DNA of 64,000 nt from an uncultured Verrucomicrobiae bacterium (GCA_963707025.1 CAVPOM010000005.1:1-64000); one strand, 5' to 3'. Shown: positions 37,301-48,934, counted from the stretch's first letter. Notes: generated by a model from the letters alone, not told the origin. Translations and numbers: made by a program.

Positions 37301-40300
37301 CCTTTGTCGAGATCGAGCAGCGCAACAAAATCATCCGTCATTTTTGGACGGAACCGGGCCGGACGCAGCAGCAAATCAATTTGGCCGTGACGGAGGCCCT
37401 GCGCGGCGGCTTCACGCTGCACCTCACGCAGGTGCGCGAAAACCGGGCGTATCTGGATTCACGCAGAATCTCCGTGCCGTGGAAGAACAAGGAACTGGCG
37501 CTCACCTGGGAACATTTCACCTCGAAATTGCAGCCGGGCCAGAAGGAAACCTGGACGGCGGTCGTCACCGGCCCGGGCGCGGAGAAATCGGTCGCGGAAA
37601 TGGCGGCGGCGCTTTACGACGAATCGCTGGACGCCTTCGCGGCGCACGACTGGCAGCACGGGTTCGCTTTTCGCGAGGATTATTCGACGGCGCAGGCGCA
37701 GTTTATGAATTTCGCCAGCCAGTTCAACCGGGTTTTTGAGGCGTGGAATGCGGGAGGCGAAAGGGTGGAAATCACTTACCGGCATTTTCCGCAAGACCTG
37801 ACGGACAATTTCTGGGGCTATGCTTTCTTCAGGACAAGAGCCTTGGGCGGCGTCGCCACGCTGGGTGGCAACGTGGAGGGAATAATGGCGGACAGGTTGG
37901 CTGATGCCAACGCGCCGATGCCAACATTAGCCCCAGCCGCATCATCAGCATCGGCGGTACCCGCGGGGATTCCCCCCGGGGCATGGCAGGGATGGCATGG
38001 GGCGAGGTGGCTGCCCAGAAAGAAGGCGGCGGCGGCGGCGGCGGCGGTGGCGAAGCCGGGCGGCCTCCGGCGCGGCCGGTTGACTGGAGCAACGTCAGCG
38101 CGCGAAAGAATCTGGAGGAGACCGCCTTTTTCTTCCCGCAGTTGATGTCGGATTCCAACGGGATCGCGCGCATGACGTTCACGATGCCGGAGGCGCTGAC
38201 GAAATGGCATTTCCTGGGTTTCGCGCATGATCAGAAACTGCGCGCCGGTTTTCTCGAGGGCCACGCCGTCACCGCCAAGGACATCATGGTGCAGCCCAAT
38301 CCGCCGCGCTTCCTGCGCGAGGGCGACACGGTGGAGTTCACCGTCAAAGTGTCCAATCAAAGCGGCCAGCGGCAGAGCGGCCGCGTGCGGCTCACCTTCG
38401 GCGACATGGCCCGCGGGGAGAGCGCCGACAAACTCCTGGGCAACGCCAAACCGGAGCAGAGCTTCGACATTCCGGCGAAGGAATCGCGCAGCTTCGCCTG
38501 GCGCATCGCCGTGCCGGACGGCGCGCCCTTCCTGAGTTACAAAGCCGTGGCGGCGACGGGTGAACTTTCCGACGGTGAAGAAGGCGGTCTGCCTGTTTTG
38601 TCGCGGCGCATTTTTGTCACAGAGTCGCTGCCGCTGGCGGTGCGCGGGCCGGCCACGAACAAATTTGAGTTCAAAAAACTGGCCGAGTCCGGCCAATCGA
38701 AAACGCTGCAGAGCCAGAGCGTGACGGTGGAGATGGTGTCGAACCCGGCGTGGTACGCGGTGCTGGCGCTGCCGTATTTGATGGAATATCCCTACGAATG
38801 CAGCGAGCAGACCTTCAACCGGCTGTACGCCAACGCGCTGGCGCGGCACATCGCCAATCACGATCCCAAAATCCGCGCCGTGTTCGAGCAGTGGAAAAAC
38901 ACGCCGGCGCTGGACTCGCCCTTGGAAAAGAACCAGGATCTCAAAGCGGTCATGCTGGAAGAGACGCCCTGGCTGCGCCAGGCGCAGAGCGAAAGCCAGG
39001 CGCGGCGCAATGTCGGAATGCTCTTTGACGACAACCGGCTGAATTACGAAACCGACGCGACGCTGCGCAAATTGACCGAGATGCAACTGGCGGACGGGCG
39101 CTGGCCGTGGTTCCCCGGCGGGCCGGGCAACGATTACATCACCCTTTACATCGTCACCGGTTTCGGCCGGCTGCGGCATCTGGGCGCGGACCTGGCGGCG
39201 GCCCCGGCGCTGCGCGCGCTGGCGCGGCTGGATGAATGGATGACGGAGCATTACGCGGACATCCAAAAGAACATGGCGCAGCCGGACGAGTACGTGCCGG
39301 GCGCGACGGACGCGCTGTATTTGTATGGCCGGAGTTTTTTCCTGAAGGACAGGCCGGTGGCGCCGCCGCACCGGACGGCGATGGAATTTTTCCTGAAACA
39401 GTCGCGGAAATTCTGGCTGCAAACCAACTGCCGCCAGTCGCAAGGGCAACTGGCCATTGCGCTGCAGCGCTGGGGCGGCGAGGAAAACCTGGCGGTGGGG
39501 CAGGCCATCATGCGCTCGATCAAGGAGCGCAGCGTGAGCAACCCGGAGATGGGCATGTTCTGGCGCGATACCGAACTGAGCTGGTGGTGGTATCGCGCGC
39601 CGATTGAAACGCAGGCGCTGATGATCGAGGCGTTTGACGAAGTGATGCACGATCAGCCGGCGGTGGAGGATTGCCGCGTCTGGCTGCTCAAGCAAAAGCA
39701 GACGCAGGATTGGAAGACGACCAAGGCCACCGCGGATGCGGTTTACGCCCTGCTCTTGCGCGGGGCGGATTTGCTTTCCAGCACCGCGCTGGCGGAGGTG
39801 ACCCTGGGCGGAATCAACGTGACCCCCGGCCAAAATGATTTGCCAGGCCGAACGCCGAAAGCCGAAAGCCGCAATAAACCGGAGCCGGGCACCGGGTATT
39901 ACGAAGTCCGTTTTGCGCCGGCGGACATCAAACCGAAGCTGGGCGAGATCATCGTGAAGAAATCCGACGCGGGCGTGGCGTGGGGCGGCGTGCATTGGCA
40001 ATACCTGGAAGACATGAGCAAGGTTACGCCTTACGAAGGCACCCCTTTGCAGTTGAAGAAGACCTTGTTCACAAAAAGCAACACCGCGCGCGGCCCGGTG
40101 CTGCAGCCGGTCAATGGAGCGATGGCCGTGGGCGACGAACTGGTCGTGCGCCTGGAGTTGCGCACGGATCGCGACATGGAATTCATCCATCTGAAAGACC
40201 AGCGCGGCAGCGGCACCGAGCCGGTCAATGTGCTGTCGCGCTACAAATATCAGGACGGACTGGCCTATTACGAGAGCACGCGCGACACGGCGAGCCATTT

Positions 40301-40457
40301 CTTCATAGATTACCTGCCCAAGGGGGTTTACGTGTTCGAGTATTCGACCCGCGTGCAGCTTCGGGGCGAATATCAGACCGGGGTGGCGGAAATTCAGTGC
40401 ATGTACGCGCCCGAATTCAACAGCCACAGCCAGAGTCTCCGTCTCACGGTAAAATGA
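34354..40457 (+). CDS. Bacterial alpha-2-macroglobulin family protein; frameshift near 37972-37982
   Basis: FTDRAIYRPG (MG2), VEEYKRP, ARKNLEETAFF, PRFLREGD, thioester-type YECSEQ, MYAPEF. Split between ORFs 34168..38145 and 37983..40457. Confidence 0.92.
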
Positions 40458-40684
40458 AAGCCTCACCAAGGTGGTTCCATCGCGGCTGCTGAAAACCGTC
40501 AACATCCCCGCAAAAGCCTTCGGGGTTCGCGGACCTTGCGCCGCGGCTTTTCGAAACAATTTCACTTGTTTGCTGTTCCTGAGCGCCAAATATCCGGGCA
40601 AATGATGGGGCAAACAGGCGCAGGCTCAAGTGGGGAATCGCGGGCGCGCTTGTAACCCCAACCGACTTCTGCTTCACTGCCCGC

Positions 40685-42452
40685 ATGCATTGGCGGCGGC
40701 TAAGAAACATGGCGTGGCTGGTGTGCGCCTTGACACTTCCCGTTCCAGCCGGGACTTACGAAGTGGCGCAACGGCATCCGCAGGCCAGCGACGATGGGGA
40801 CGGAAGCCGGGAACGGCCTTGGAAGACCATCACCCAGGCGGCCGGGAAGGCCGGGCCTGGCGACACCGTGGTGGTTGGCGATGGCATCTACCGGGAACGG
40901 GTTGTTGTCAAGCAAAACGGCACGGCCCAGGCGCCCATTATCTTCGAGGCCGCTCCGGGCGCCCACGTGGTGCTGACCGGGGCCGACCTGCTGACCGGCT
41001 GGCAGAAAGCCGGGGGCGCGCGGCCCATTTACCGGGTGGCGTGGACGCACCGGTTCATCGGCTGGGCCACCAACATGACGCACCCGGATGACCTCTATCA
41101 CCGCCTGATCGGACGGTGCGAACAGGTGGCGATTGATGGTTGCCTGCTTCGCCAGGTGCTGGAGGCCGAGCACCTGGCTCCCGGCACGTTCTTTGCGGAC
41201 ATGACCAACCAGACACTCGCGGTCTGGGATCTGGCAAATCGGGATGTGAACAAATTACCGGTGGAGGCGTCGGTCCGGCAGGAAATTCTGCGCATGGAAG
41301 GCGACTACGTGGAGGCGCGCGGGTTGCACTTTCGATTGGCCGCCAACATGGCCCAGCATGGGGCGGTGGTGCTGGCGGGCCGGCATGACTTGCTGGAGGA
41401 CTGCACGCTGGAAGAGATGAACAGCATCGGGGGGACCTTTGCCGCGGCAGACCTGGTGGTGCGGCGGTGCGCCTTCCGGGACAATGGCCAGATGGGGTTT
41501 GGGGCCAATGGCGCCCACGATCTGCTGTTCACGGAATGCCTGGTCGAGAACAACAACACCAAAGGCTTCAACCGCGGTTGGGAGGCCGGCGGCGACAAGT
41601 TGGTGTTGTGCCGCGCGGCTGTCCTGGAGCGAAGCCGGTTCCTCCGCAATCGCGGCCACGGCATCTGGTTCGATATTGGCAACGAGCACTGCGTCGTGCG
41701 CCAGTGTCTGATCGCCGACAACGAGGACTGCGGGATTTTCGACGAGATTTCCTACGGATTGCAAGCGCATGACAATGTAATTGCCGGCAACGGCTACGCC
41801 GAGACTGCCGGGGGCTGGGGCGCGCGGGCCGGCCTTTCCCTTTCCAGCAGCCCCGACAGCGTGATCGAGCGGAACCTGATTGTGGGAAACCGCGAAGGCT
41901 TCAACTTTCGCGAGCAGACCCGCACCACCCCGCGGATCGGCGGGAAGGCGGAGGAGCCGGTCTGGAATCATGATGAGACCATCCGCCGGAACATGATCGC
42001 TTTTAACCGTGATGCCCAAATCTGGGGCTGGTTTGACATGAAGGACGACCGCCACTGGCCGGCCAACGCCAGGGAACAACCCTCTGTGCCAGGGGACGAT
42101 ACGGCCAAGCCCGGCGAGACGGCGGCTCCCGGCGCGGCCAGGAATCGCGCCGGCCGCCGAGGGCCTGACTTTGGAAAAGCTGCGGCTGCGCTTTGTGGAA
42201 AACGTTTATTTTGCCGGGGCAGGGCAGGGTTGGTTCGAGTGGGGAGTAAGCTGGGGACGACACAAAAGCTATGCGACATGGAGCGACTTTCAAGCCGACC
42301 TCGGCATAGACCAAGGCAGCCGCGTGTTGGACCCGGCTTTCGTCAATCTGAACGCGCTGGATTGCCGCCTCAGACCCGGGGCGATGGCCGCCTTGAGGCG
42401 GTGCTATCCAACGGAGCCTGTGCCTGGAGTGATGCTGGGTGAACAGCCTTGA
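40685..42452 (+). CDS. Secreted right-handed parallel beta-helix protein (pectate-lyase-like fold); frameshift near 42150-42160
   Basis: GDGSRERPWKTI, PGDTVVVGDGIYRE, GIWFD, GIFDEIS; the C-terminus continues in ORF 42171..42452. Confidence 0.8.
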
Positions 42453-42507
42453 CCCTGCCTGGAGCCAGGGGAGCAGCCGGCAAATAAACTGAGCCGGCGC
42501 GGTTTCT

Positions 42508-44049
42508 TCACTGGGGCGGTTTTGGCTGCAAGCCGAACGCCTTGGGGTCGTCCTTTTCCGGTTCCTTGAGCTGGTTCCGCAGCCGGGCCACTACCTGCAT
42601 CAGGTTGGTCTGCACTCCCGCGTAGGAGGGGTTGCCGAAAACGCTGCGCATTTCGCCGGGATCTTTGTCCCGGTCGAAGAGTTCCCAGTAGTCCACGTCG
42701 GGCCAGTAGAAATGGGCCAGGGTGTAGCGCTCGGTGATGACGCCGTAATGCGGGCGCACATGGTGGTCGGCGGGGTATTCATAATAATGATAGTAAAACG
42801 CGGTGCGCCAGTCGGGGGGCGTCGCGCCTTGGAGCAAGGGAAGGAGGCTGCGTCCCTGCATGCCGTCGGGGACAGGGAGGCCGGCGGCCTGCAAGAAAGT
42901 CTCGGCGAAATCGAGATTGGAAACCAAATCCTGGTTCGTGCGACCGGGCCGGATGGTGCCCGGCCAGCGGATGAGCAGGGGCGCGCGCGCGGATTCCTGG
43001 AAAATCCAGCGCTTGTCGAACCAGCCGTGTTCGCCGAGGAAGAAGCCCTGATCGGAGGAGTAGATGACGATGGTGTTGGTGGCCAGGCCGGTGTCGTCGA
43101 GGTATTGCAAGAGGCGCCCAACGCTGTCATCCAAGCCTTTGATGCAGGCGAGGTAGTCGTGCATGAAGCGGTTGTACTTCCATTCGGTCAGCGCCCGGCC
43201 GGTGAGCTTTTGTTTCAGGAACGCCTCGTTGCGCGGCGCGTAGTAGGAGTCCCAGGTTTTTTTCTGTGCCGGCGTGAGGTCCGGCGGGTCGGAGAGTTTG
43301 CTGTCCTCGTTCAACCGCATTGTTTTGGCGATGGTCATGTTCTGGTCCGCCTCGGCCAGGCCGCGACCGGTGTAATCGTCGAACAGAGTGTCTGGCAGCG
43401 GATAGGCGCGGTCATGGTCGAAATCAAGATCGCGCAAGGCCGGTTCCCAGCCGCGGTGCGGGGCCTTGTGCCAGCAGAGGAGCAGGAACGGTTTGGACGG
43501 GTCGCGCTGTTTCAACCAGTCCAGCGACAGGCCGGTGATGAGGTCGGTGACGTAGCCGGGATGTTGCACCTTCTGGCCGTCGCGGATCATGGTTGGATTG
43601 TAGTAAACACCCTGGCCCGGCAGAATTTCCCAATGGTCAAAGCCGGTCGGGTCGCTTTCCAGATGCCACTTGCCGATCATCGCGGTCTGGTAGCCGGCGT
43701 TTTGGAGCAGTTTGGGGAAGGTGGTTTGGGAGCCGTCGAAGCGGCAGTTGGAATTGTTGTAAAAGCCGTTGATGTGGCTGTAGGCGCCGGTAATGATCGC
43801 GGCACGACACGGGCCGCACAGCGAATTGGGCACCAGACAGCGGTCGAAGCGGAGGCCTTCCCGCGCCAGCCGGTCAATGTTGGGCGTCTGGATTAACTGC
43901 CGCGATTCCCCGTAGGCACTGACCGCCTGCCAGGCGTGGTCGTCCGCCATGATGAACAGAATGTTGGGACGGTTGTCCGCGGCCCGTCCGGAAGCGACCG
44001 GCAGCAGAAACAGGACGGCGGCGAAAAGACAGGCGGGGATTTTATTCAT
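42508..44049 (-). CDS. Formylglycine-dependent sulfatase (S1)
   Basis: PNILFIMADDH, CGPCR (CxPxR), GKWHL, SDQGFFLGEHGWFDKR. Confidence 0.95.
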   Translation of the reverse strand: MNKIPACLFAAVLFLLPVASGRAADNRPNILFIMADDHAWQAVSAYGESRQLIQTPNIDRLAREGLRFDRCLVPNSLCGPCRAAIITGAYSHINGFYNNSNCRFDGSQTTFPKLLQNAGYQTAMIGKWHLESDPTGFDHWEILPGQGVYYNPTMIRDGQKVQHPGYVTDLITGLSLDWLKQRDPSKPFLLLCWHKAPHRGWEPALRDLDFDHDRAYPLPDTLFDDYTGRGLAEADQNMTIAKTMRLNEDSKLSDPPDLTPAQKKTWDSYYAPRNEAFLKQKLTGRALTEWKYNRFMHDYLACIKGLDDSVGRLLQYLDDTGLATNTIVIYSSDQGFFLGEHGWFDKRWIFQESARAPLLIRWPGTIRPGRTNQDLVSNLDFAETFLQAAGLPVPDGMQGRSLLPLLQGATPPDWRTAFYYHYYEYPADHHVRPHYGVITERYTLAHFYWPDVDYWELFDRDKDPGEMRSVFGNPSYAGVQTNLMQVVARLRNQLKEPEKDDPKAFGLQPKPPQ

Positions 44050-44146
44050 ACATTACGGTGGCCCCTGGCACGGTTGATTGGTTCGGTCCGCTGGGAATGT
44101 TTGGATCTGGTCATCGTCCTCAACTGGGCACACTGGTCCCGTTTGC

Positions 44147-46090
44147 TCAAAGCTTGTTTTGCCGGCCCAGATCAAGGCGTGAGGGCGTCAAGCGGAAGGC
44201 GCCGATGCGGCTGGAATAGTTTGTGCCGCCTTTCTTGAGGTAATCGCCCACGTACCAAATGGTGTGATCGTCCGTGGGATCCATCGCCGTCTGGGCAAAG
44301 TCTTCCCAGCGCAGGCCGTTCTGCTGGGCCGCCTGGCCTTCGGCGAGAACGGCTTCCTGCAAAGTGAGCAGGCCAGGGGGATCACCGGCGAGCCGGCCCG
44401 CGAAACGCTGGCCGGGGAAGAAGTTCGTGCCACCGAAGGAGTAGCCGATGCCGATGTTGCCTTGGTTGTCCATGGCCGGACTGGCCAGCCAGCGGTAAGA
44501 TCCGGCCGGCGCGTAGGTGCCCTGCTGGTAGAGTTGGACGTCGCGCTTGGAGTTGATCCGGAATTCGTACCAGCGGACTCCGCCGCCGCCGGCGGTGGTG
44601 TTGATGGAATGCACGGCGACAATGGATTCGTGGCCGCCGAGGCGCCGGTAAACCAGCCGTTGCATGATTTTGTCGCCCTGGGAATCCAGGCGCTGGCCGG
44701 TCCCGGGCTGGGGCACCGAACGGGTCAACTGGCCGCCCCCCAGATAGTGGTAGGGGGCCACGGAAATTTTCACCGGCCCGTCCAGCCTGGTCCTGGCTGG
44801 ATCGCGCCAGTCCACATGGTATTTCCAGACGTAGATGCCGTCGTCTTCCAGGATGTGTTTTAACTGCGCGCCCCCCGCCGCCATCATGATGTTGGGCGCG
44901 CCCGCCGGGGGAGGCCGCGGGCCGTCCACGTCGGCGTTATTGAGAAAGTTCACACCGTCAATAATAATGCCCTGTTCGGCCGCGTCCTGGCCTTTGAGCA
45001 TTTTTTTGCGTTCCACCACAAAAGCTTGTTTCTGAATGACGTTGTCGCCGGTGCTGGTGGGGACGTAGTAGCCGTCGGGCCAGACGGCCGGCCGCGGATA
45101 ATCGGGAAAGAGCGGGCGAAGGAATTCATAGCGGTAGTAGGAACCGAGCGGATCGGAGCTGGTGCTGACGGCATAGCACATGGCATAGGAGCCGCGCGTT
45201 TCGGCCGGCCCGCTCCCCTGCCCTGGTCCCCGCCGCCGGCCCCGCGCCGCGGCCGTTTCCTCCTCCGGAGTTGGACGGGGCGGTTGGTAGAGAGGTTGCG
45301 CGGCGCCCGGTTTTCCCGGCAGCGCAGGGAGGCTCAGTTGGGCCGGCCCGCCCGATCTTCCCGCCGGCGGAGTGTTCGTTCGATTGGCAAGACGGCGGAA
45401 GACCGGCATGACGATCAACCAACGGTCCGCCAACTGGTCGTACCGAACCACCGCGTCCCCGTTGTTGATTTCCCCGGCGTCGGCAAAACCTTTGAAGACC
45501 TTTCCGGTTTCGACCGGGCCGTAGAGCACTCGCCCGGTCGTGTCAAACTTCGAGCCTTTTTTCGTGAAGACCGCCATCCGGGTGTTGACGATTTGGACGA
45601 TATGGTTGGGTCCAACGGCATGGGAGTTGTCGGAAGGATTCCGAAATCTGGCGGTGCCCTGAGGTCCGGCGAAGCCTTCGCCGAGTCCGTCGAAGCTCAG
45701 CACCAATTCGGGCGCGGGCTTGCTTCCGAAGACAGTCTGTTCCACCGCGGCCGATCCGAACGGGGTGCCCGTGGCTTCGGCCAGCGCGGACAAGTTGGTC
45801 GCCTCACCGCCAGCGGACCCGGGCGAGAGCGACTGGGACGGAAGCTCATCCTCGGCCGCGTCAGGGTCAGATTCCGATGATTCTGCGGCGTCTTTATCCC
45901 CATCCCGGCTGGAGGCGAGCGAGGAGAGCGGAGGAGAGACATCATGCGCCACCGCCTTGAAGACGGTGACGGCGCGGCCGCTCCCGCGCGCCGCCCCATC
46001 GTCCTGGAGAACTCGACCCCCACCCGAAACCAGGAGGCCGGCAAGAAAGAGAATGGCGACGACGGTAAGAAAACACGGCTGGAGGTTCAT
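44147..46090 (-). CDS. Secreted hypothetical protein, beta-rich
   Basis: Signal-like N-terminus; PSDNSHAVGPNHIVQ, YDQLADRW, FPDYP, RWEDF. Co-oriented in the operon. Start uncertain. Confidence 0.75.
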   Translation of the reverse strand: MNLQPCFLTVVAILFLAGLLVSGGGRVLQDDGAARGSGRAVTVFKAVAHDVSPPLSSLASSRDGDKDAAESSESDPDAAEDELPSQSLSPGSAGGEATNLSALAEATGTPFGSAAVEQTVFGSKPAPELVLSFDGLGEGFAGPQGTARFRNPSDNSHAVGPNHIVQIVNTRMAVFTKKGSKFDTTGRVLYGPVETGKVFKGFADAGEINNGDAVVRYDQLADRWLIVMPVFRRLANRTNTPPAGRSGGPAQLSLPALPGKPGAAQPLYQPPRPTPEEETAAARGRRRGPGQGSGPAETRGSYAMCYAVSTSSDPLGSYYRYEFLRPLFPDYPRPAVWPDGYYVPTSTGDNVIQKQAFVVERKKMLKGQDAAEQGIIIDGVNFLNNADVDGPRPPPAGAPNIMMAAGGAQLKHILEDDGIYVWKYHVDWRDPARTRLDGPVKISVAPYHYLGGGQLTRSVPQPGTGQRLDSQGDKIMQRLVYRRLGGHESIVAVHSINTTAGGGGVRWYEFRINSKRDVQLYQQGTYAPAGSYRWLASPAMDNQGNIGIGYSFGGTNFFPGQRFAGRLAGDPPGLLTLQEAVLAEGQAAQQNGLRWEDFAQTAMDPTDDHTIWYVGDYLKKGGTNYSSRIGAFRLTPSRLDLGRQNKL

Positions 46091-46232
46091 GGACCGCATA
46101 GTCAAAAAATTTTCGTTTCCGTTCTCATTATATGCCGCGATGTTGAGAACATTCAATCATTAGAAGATCCAGCCGCGATGTTTTCCAATGATCGGAAATT
46201 AAAGGATGATGGCAGGCTTGGCGAATGGCGAC

Positions 46233-47570
46233 TCAGGATAATCCTGGCACGCTCCAGCCGGCGCGATATTGGCGGCGAAGATGCTGGTTGGCCTCGGCCG
46301 CGTTGTCGAATTTGAGGTCGCGCGCGTTCCAATGGAGGGTGGTTTGCGGGAACCGGCAGGCCACGCTCCCCAGCAGGACGGCTTCGGTCAGGGGACCGGC
46401 GTAGTCGAAACCGGCCGAGGCGCGGCCCTGGCCGAGGCAGGCATCCACAAATTGCCGCCAGTGGTCCTGCTCCTGGACATGGGGGCGTTGATAGCCGGCA
46501 AAGTCGTTGTCCGGGTAAAGCTGGGCGAAATCGTAGTGCGGGAGGAGCATGACGCCTTTGGCGCCGATGAAAATGGATCCCTCGCCGGGCAGCGTGTCGT
46601 CTTCGAGCAGCGCCTGCACGTCCTTGGGCGGCCGCTCGTCGCCGTCGTACCAGGTGACGCTGACCGTCTGGCCGGCGGTATAAGGAGTGCCGGGAAAAAC
46701 GTAGTGAACGATGGAGTTGACGGCCCAGTTCCACGAATCGGGCGCGGGACCCTCGGAACGGACGGAGATGGGGGCGGTGAGTTGGAGCGCGTTGAAGACC
46801 GGATCGTAAATGTGGCAGCCCATGTCGCCAAAAGTGCCGGTGCCGAAGTCGAGCCGCTTGCGCCAGTTGCCCGGATGGTAGTAACTGTGGCCCAGGAAAG
46901 CCCGCCGGGCCGCGATGCCCAACCAGCCGTCCCAGTCGAAATTGGCCGGCACCGCATCGGCGCGGTCGGGGCGCGGGTTTGGGTCGCCCCACTTTTTCTC
47001 ACTCCAGGCGTGGACTTCCTTGACCTTGCCAATGGCGCCCTGCTGGATGATGCGCACGGCCTGTTGATAAACCCCATTGGAATGAATCTGGATGCCCATC
47101 TGCGTCACCGATTTCCCGGACCGGGCAAACTCGGTCAGCCGCCGCGTCTCATAAATGTCGTGGGTGAGCGGCTTCTGGCAATAGACATGTTTGCCCAATT
47201 GCAGGGCGGACATGGCGATGGCCGCGTGCATGTGATCGGGCACGGTGACGTTGACCGAGTCAATGGCTTTCTCCTTGTCCAGCAGCTCGCGCCAATCCTG
47301 ATAAACCTTCACGTCCGGGAATTTTTTCTTGACTGTGTTGGCGCGGTCCAGGTCAACGTCCGCGACGGCCACCAGCTTGAGGGCGGGGTGGCGGGTCAGG
47401 TTCTCGATGTCGCTGGCCGCCATGCCCGTGGCGCCGAAGCTGGCGTGGAGCAGGGTTCCATTGGCCGGGGCCGCGCGCAGAGGCCGGGTCAGGGCGGGCG
47501 CGGCCCACACCCCGGCGGCGGCGAGAGCGGCGCGACGGAGGAATTGGCGGCGGGTGAAGGGTGTTGGCAT
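46233..47570 (-). CDS. Tat-exported Gfo/Idh/MocA oxidoreductase
   Basis: TRRQFL twin-arginine motif, PDHMHA, HVYCQKPL, GDMGCH. Confidence 0.92.
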   Translation of the reverse strand: MPTPFTRRQFLRRAALAAAGVWAAPALTRPLRAAPANGTLLHASFGATGMAASDIENLTRHPALKLVAVADVDLDRANTVKKKFPDVKVYQDWRELLDKEKAIDSVNVTVPDHMHAAIAMSALQLGKHVYCQKPLTHDIYETRRLTEFARSGKSVTQMGIQIHSNGVYQQAVRIIQQGAIGKVKEVHAWSEKKWGDPNPRPDRADAVPANFDWDGWLGIAARRAFLGHSYYHPGNWRKRLDFGTGTFGDMGCHIYDPVFNALQLTAPISVRSEGPAPDSWNWAVNSIVHYVFPGTPYTAGQTVSVTWYDGDERPPKDVQALLEDDTLPGEGSIFIGAKGVMLLPHYDFAQLYPDNDFAGYQRPHVQEQDHWRQFVDACLGQGRASAGFDYAGPLTEAVLLGSVACRFPQTTLHWNARDLKFDNAAEANQHLRRQYRAGWSVPGLS

Positions 47571-47584
47571 GGCGCGGCGGTGGG

Positions 47585-48934
47585 TTATTCGAGGGCTTTG
47601 ATGGAGAGGTTGCGGAACATGACTGGGTCGTCGTGGCCCGCCAAACCGAAGTGGCCGCTGGTGCGATCCTTGCCGGGGTGTGATTTGTTGTCCAGGAATT
47701 GCGTGACCTTGCTCAGGTCGCAATCGAGGATGACGAAGCCATTGAGTTCGACTTTGATTTTCGGGCCGACGACGGTGACTTCCTCGTAATTCCATTGGCC
47801 GATGGGGCGCTGATAGCCGCGGGCGGCGGCGACCATGCCGTAAGCGGAGCCGTGGGCCTGGCGCGGGTCAATTTTCTCGCCGGTGGCTTTTTCGTAGTTG
47901 TCATCGAGCACCTGGCTTTCGCACATGCCGACGTAGGCGGTGTCGCCGTAGCCGGGATAGCGGATGGCCAGGCCGTTGTTGCCGCCCGGGGGCAGCTTGA
48001 ATTCGAGGCGGACGATGAAATTGGTGTATTCGGCCTTGGTGTAAGGGGTGCCTCCCTTGCCCCGCTGCCAGACAATGGCGCCGTCCTGGACTTTGCAGCA
48101 ATCGAGCGGCCCGGCCCAACCATCCAAGTCCTTGCCGTTGAAAATGGGCTGGAAACCGGCCGGGTCGGCGCCGCGCAGGAGTTGATTGGCCTCGGCGATG
48201 GGAATCTCGCGCACGGCCAGGTTGCGCCAGCGGATTTCGCCGCCGTGGGTCTGGAGTTGAATCGGGCCGGCCGGCGGGATGGGCAGCTTGCGGTTGAAAT
48301 AATTCTCCAGAATGGCGTTGTCCACGACCAGTTTGTCATTGAGCCAAACGGTGGTGCGGCTGCCAAGTTGGCGCACGCGGACATGGTTCCACTGGCCGAA
48401 CGGCTTGTCTGCCAACACCAGCGGATCCTTGCCGGGCGCGCCGGGAGAGTTGTTCCACAGGCCGCCGGAGCCTTTGTCGGCGCCGTTCTTGAATTCCTTG
48501 GGGTTGGTGTGGTCCCAGATTTGCACCTGCGGGCAGCCTTTGAGATAAATGCCGCTGTCGGCCAGGGGCACGGTTTTGTAGTCCGCCAGCAGTTCGATGT
48601 CGCCGTAGTTCTTTTCGGTGGTGAGGTAAAGACCCTCGCCGTCGTTGACCAGTTGGCCGTTTTCCACGCGCCAATGTTGGCGGATGTCTGCGAGGCTGGC
48701 GTCGTGCTTTTTTTGAAATTCCGCGGGCGGCAGAGCCATCCATTGGCGCGGGTCTTCGGTGGACGCCCCCCACCAGCCGCTGAGAGTCCGGCCATCGAAC
48801 AGCGGGGTGAAGCCCGGCTTAATCCGGGAACCGGGCCCGGCACAAGCGGTGCAGAACACCAGGCCGCCCAACAGCAGGGTTTTGGAGGCCCGCAGGAGAA
48901 GGCGCGGATTGATCTGGAGATGCGGCAGATTCAT
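47585..48934 (-). CDS. Tandem DUF1080 protein (3-keto-glycoside-processing family)
   Basis: Two repeats: LFDGRTLSGW...DSGIYL...GQWNH...IQLQTHG and IFNGKDLDGW...NNGLAIR...GQWNY...GLAGHD. Confidence 0.9.
   Translation of the reverse strand: MNLPHLQINPRLLLRASKTLLLGGLVFCTACAGPGSRIKPGFTPLFDGRTLSGWWGASTEDPRQWMALPPAEFQKKHDASLADIRQHWRVENGQLVNDGEGLYLTTEKNYGDIELLADYKTVPLADSGIYLKGCPQVQIWDHTNPKEFKNGADKGSGGLWNNSPGAPGKDPLVLADKPFGQWNHVRVRQLGSRTTVWLNDKLVVDNAILENYFNRKLPIPPAGPIQLQTHGGEIRWRNLAVREIPIAEANQLLRGADPAGFQPIFNGKDLDGWAGPLDCCKVQDGAIVWQRGKGGTPYTKAEYTNFIVRLEFKLPPGGNNGLAIRYPGYGDTAYVGMCESQVLDDNYEKATGEKIDPRQAHGSAYGMVAAARGYQRPIGQWNYEEVTVVGPKIKVELNGFVILDCDLSKVTQFLDNKSHPGKDRTSGHFGLAGHDDPVMFRNLSIKALE

Noticed and set aside
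35044..40613. Long antisense ORFs (for example 35044..37422, 37818..40613, 6920..8749, 54968..56737)
   Set aside because: These are shadow frames of high-GC genes with no motifs; the opposite strand carries recognisable proteins.
44060..44085. Sigma-54 promoter (TGGCACG...)
   Set aside because: The -12 TTGC element is missing at the required spacing, and it points away from the adjacent gene start.
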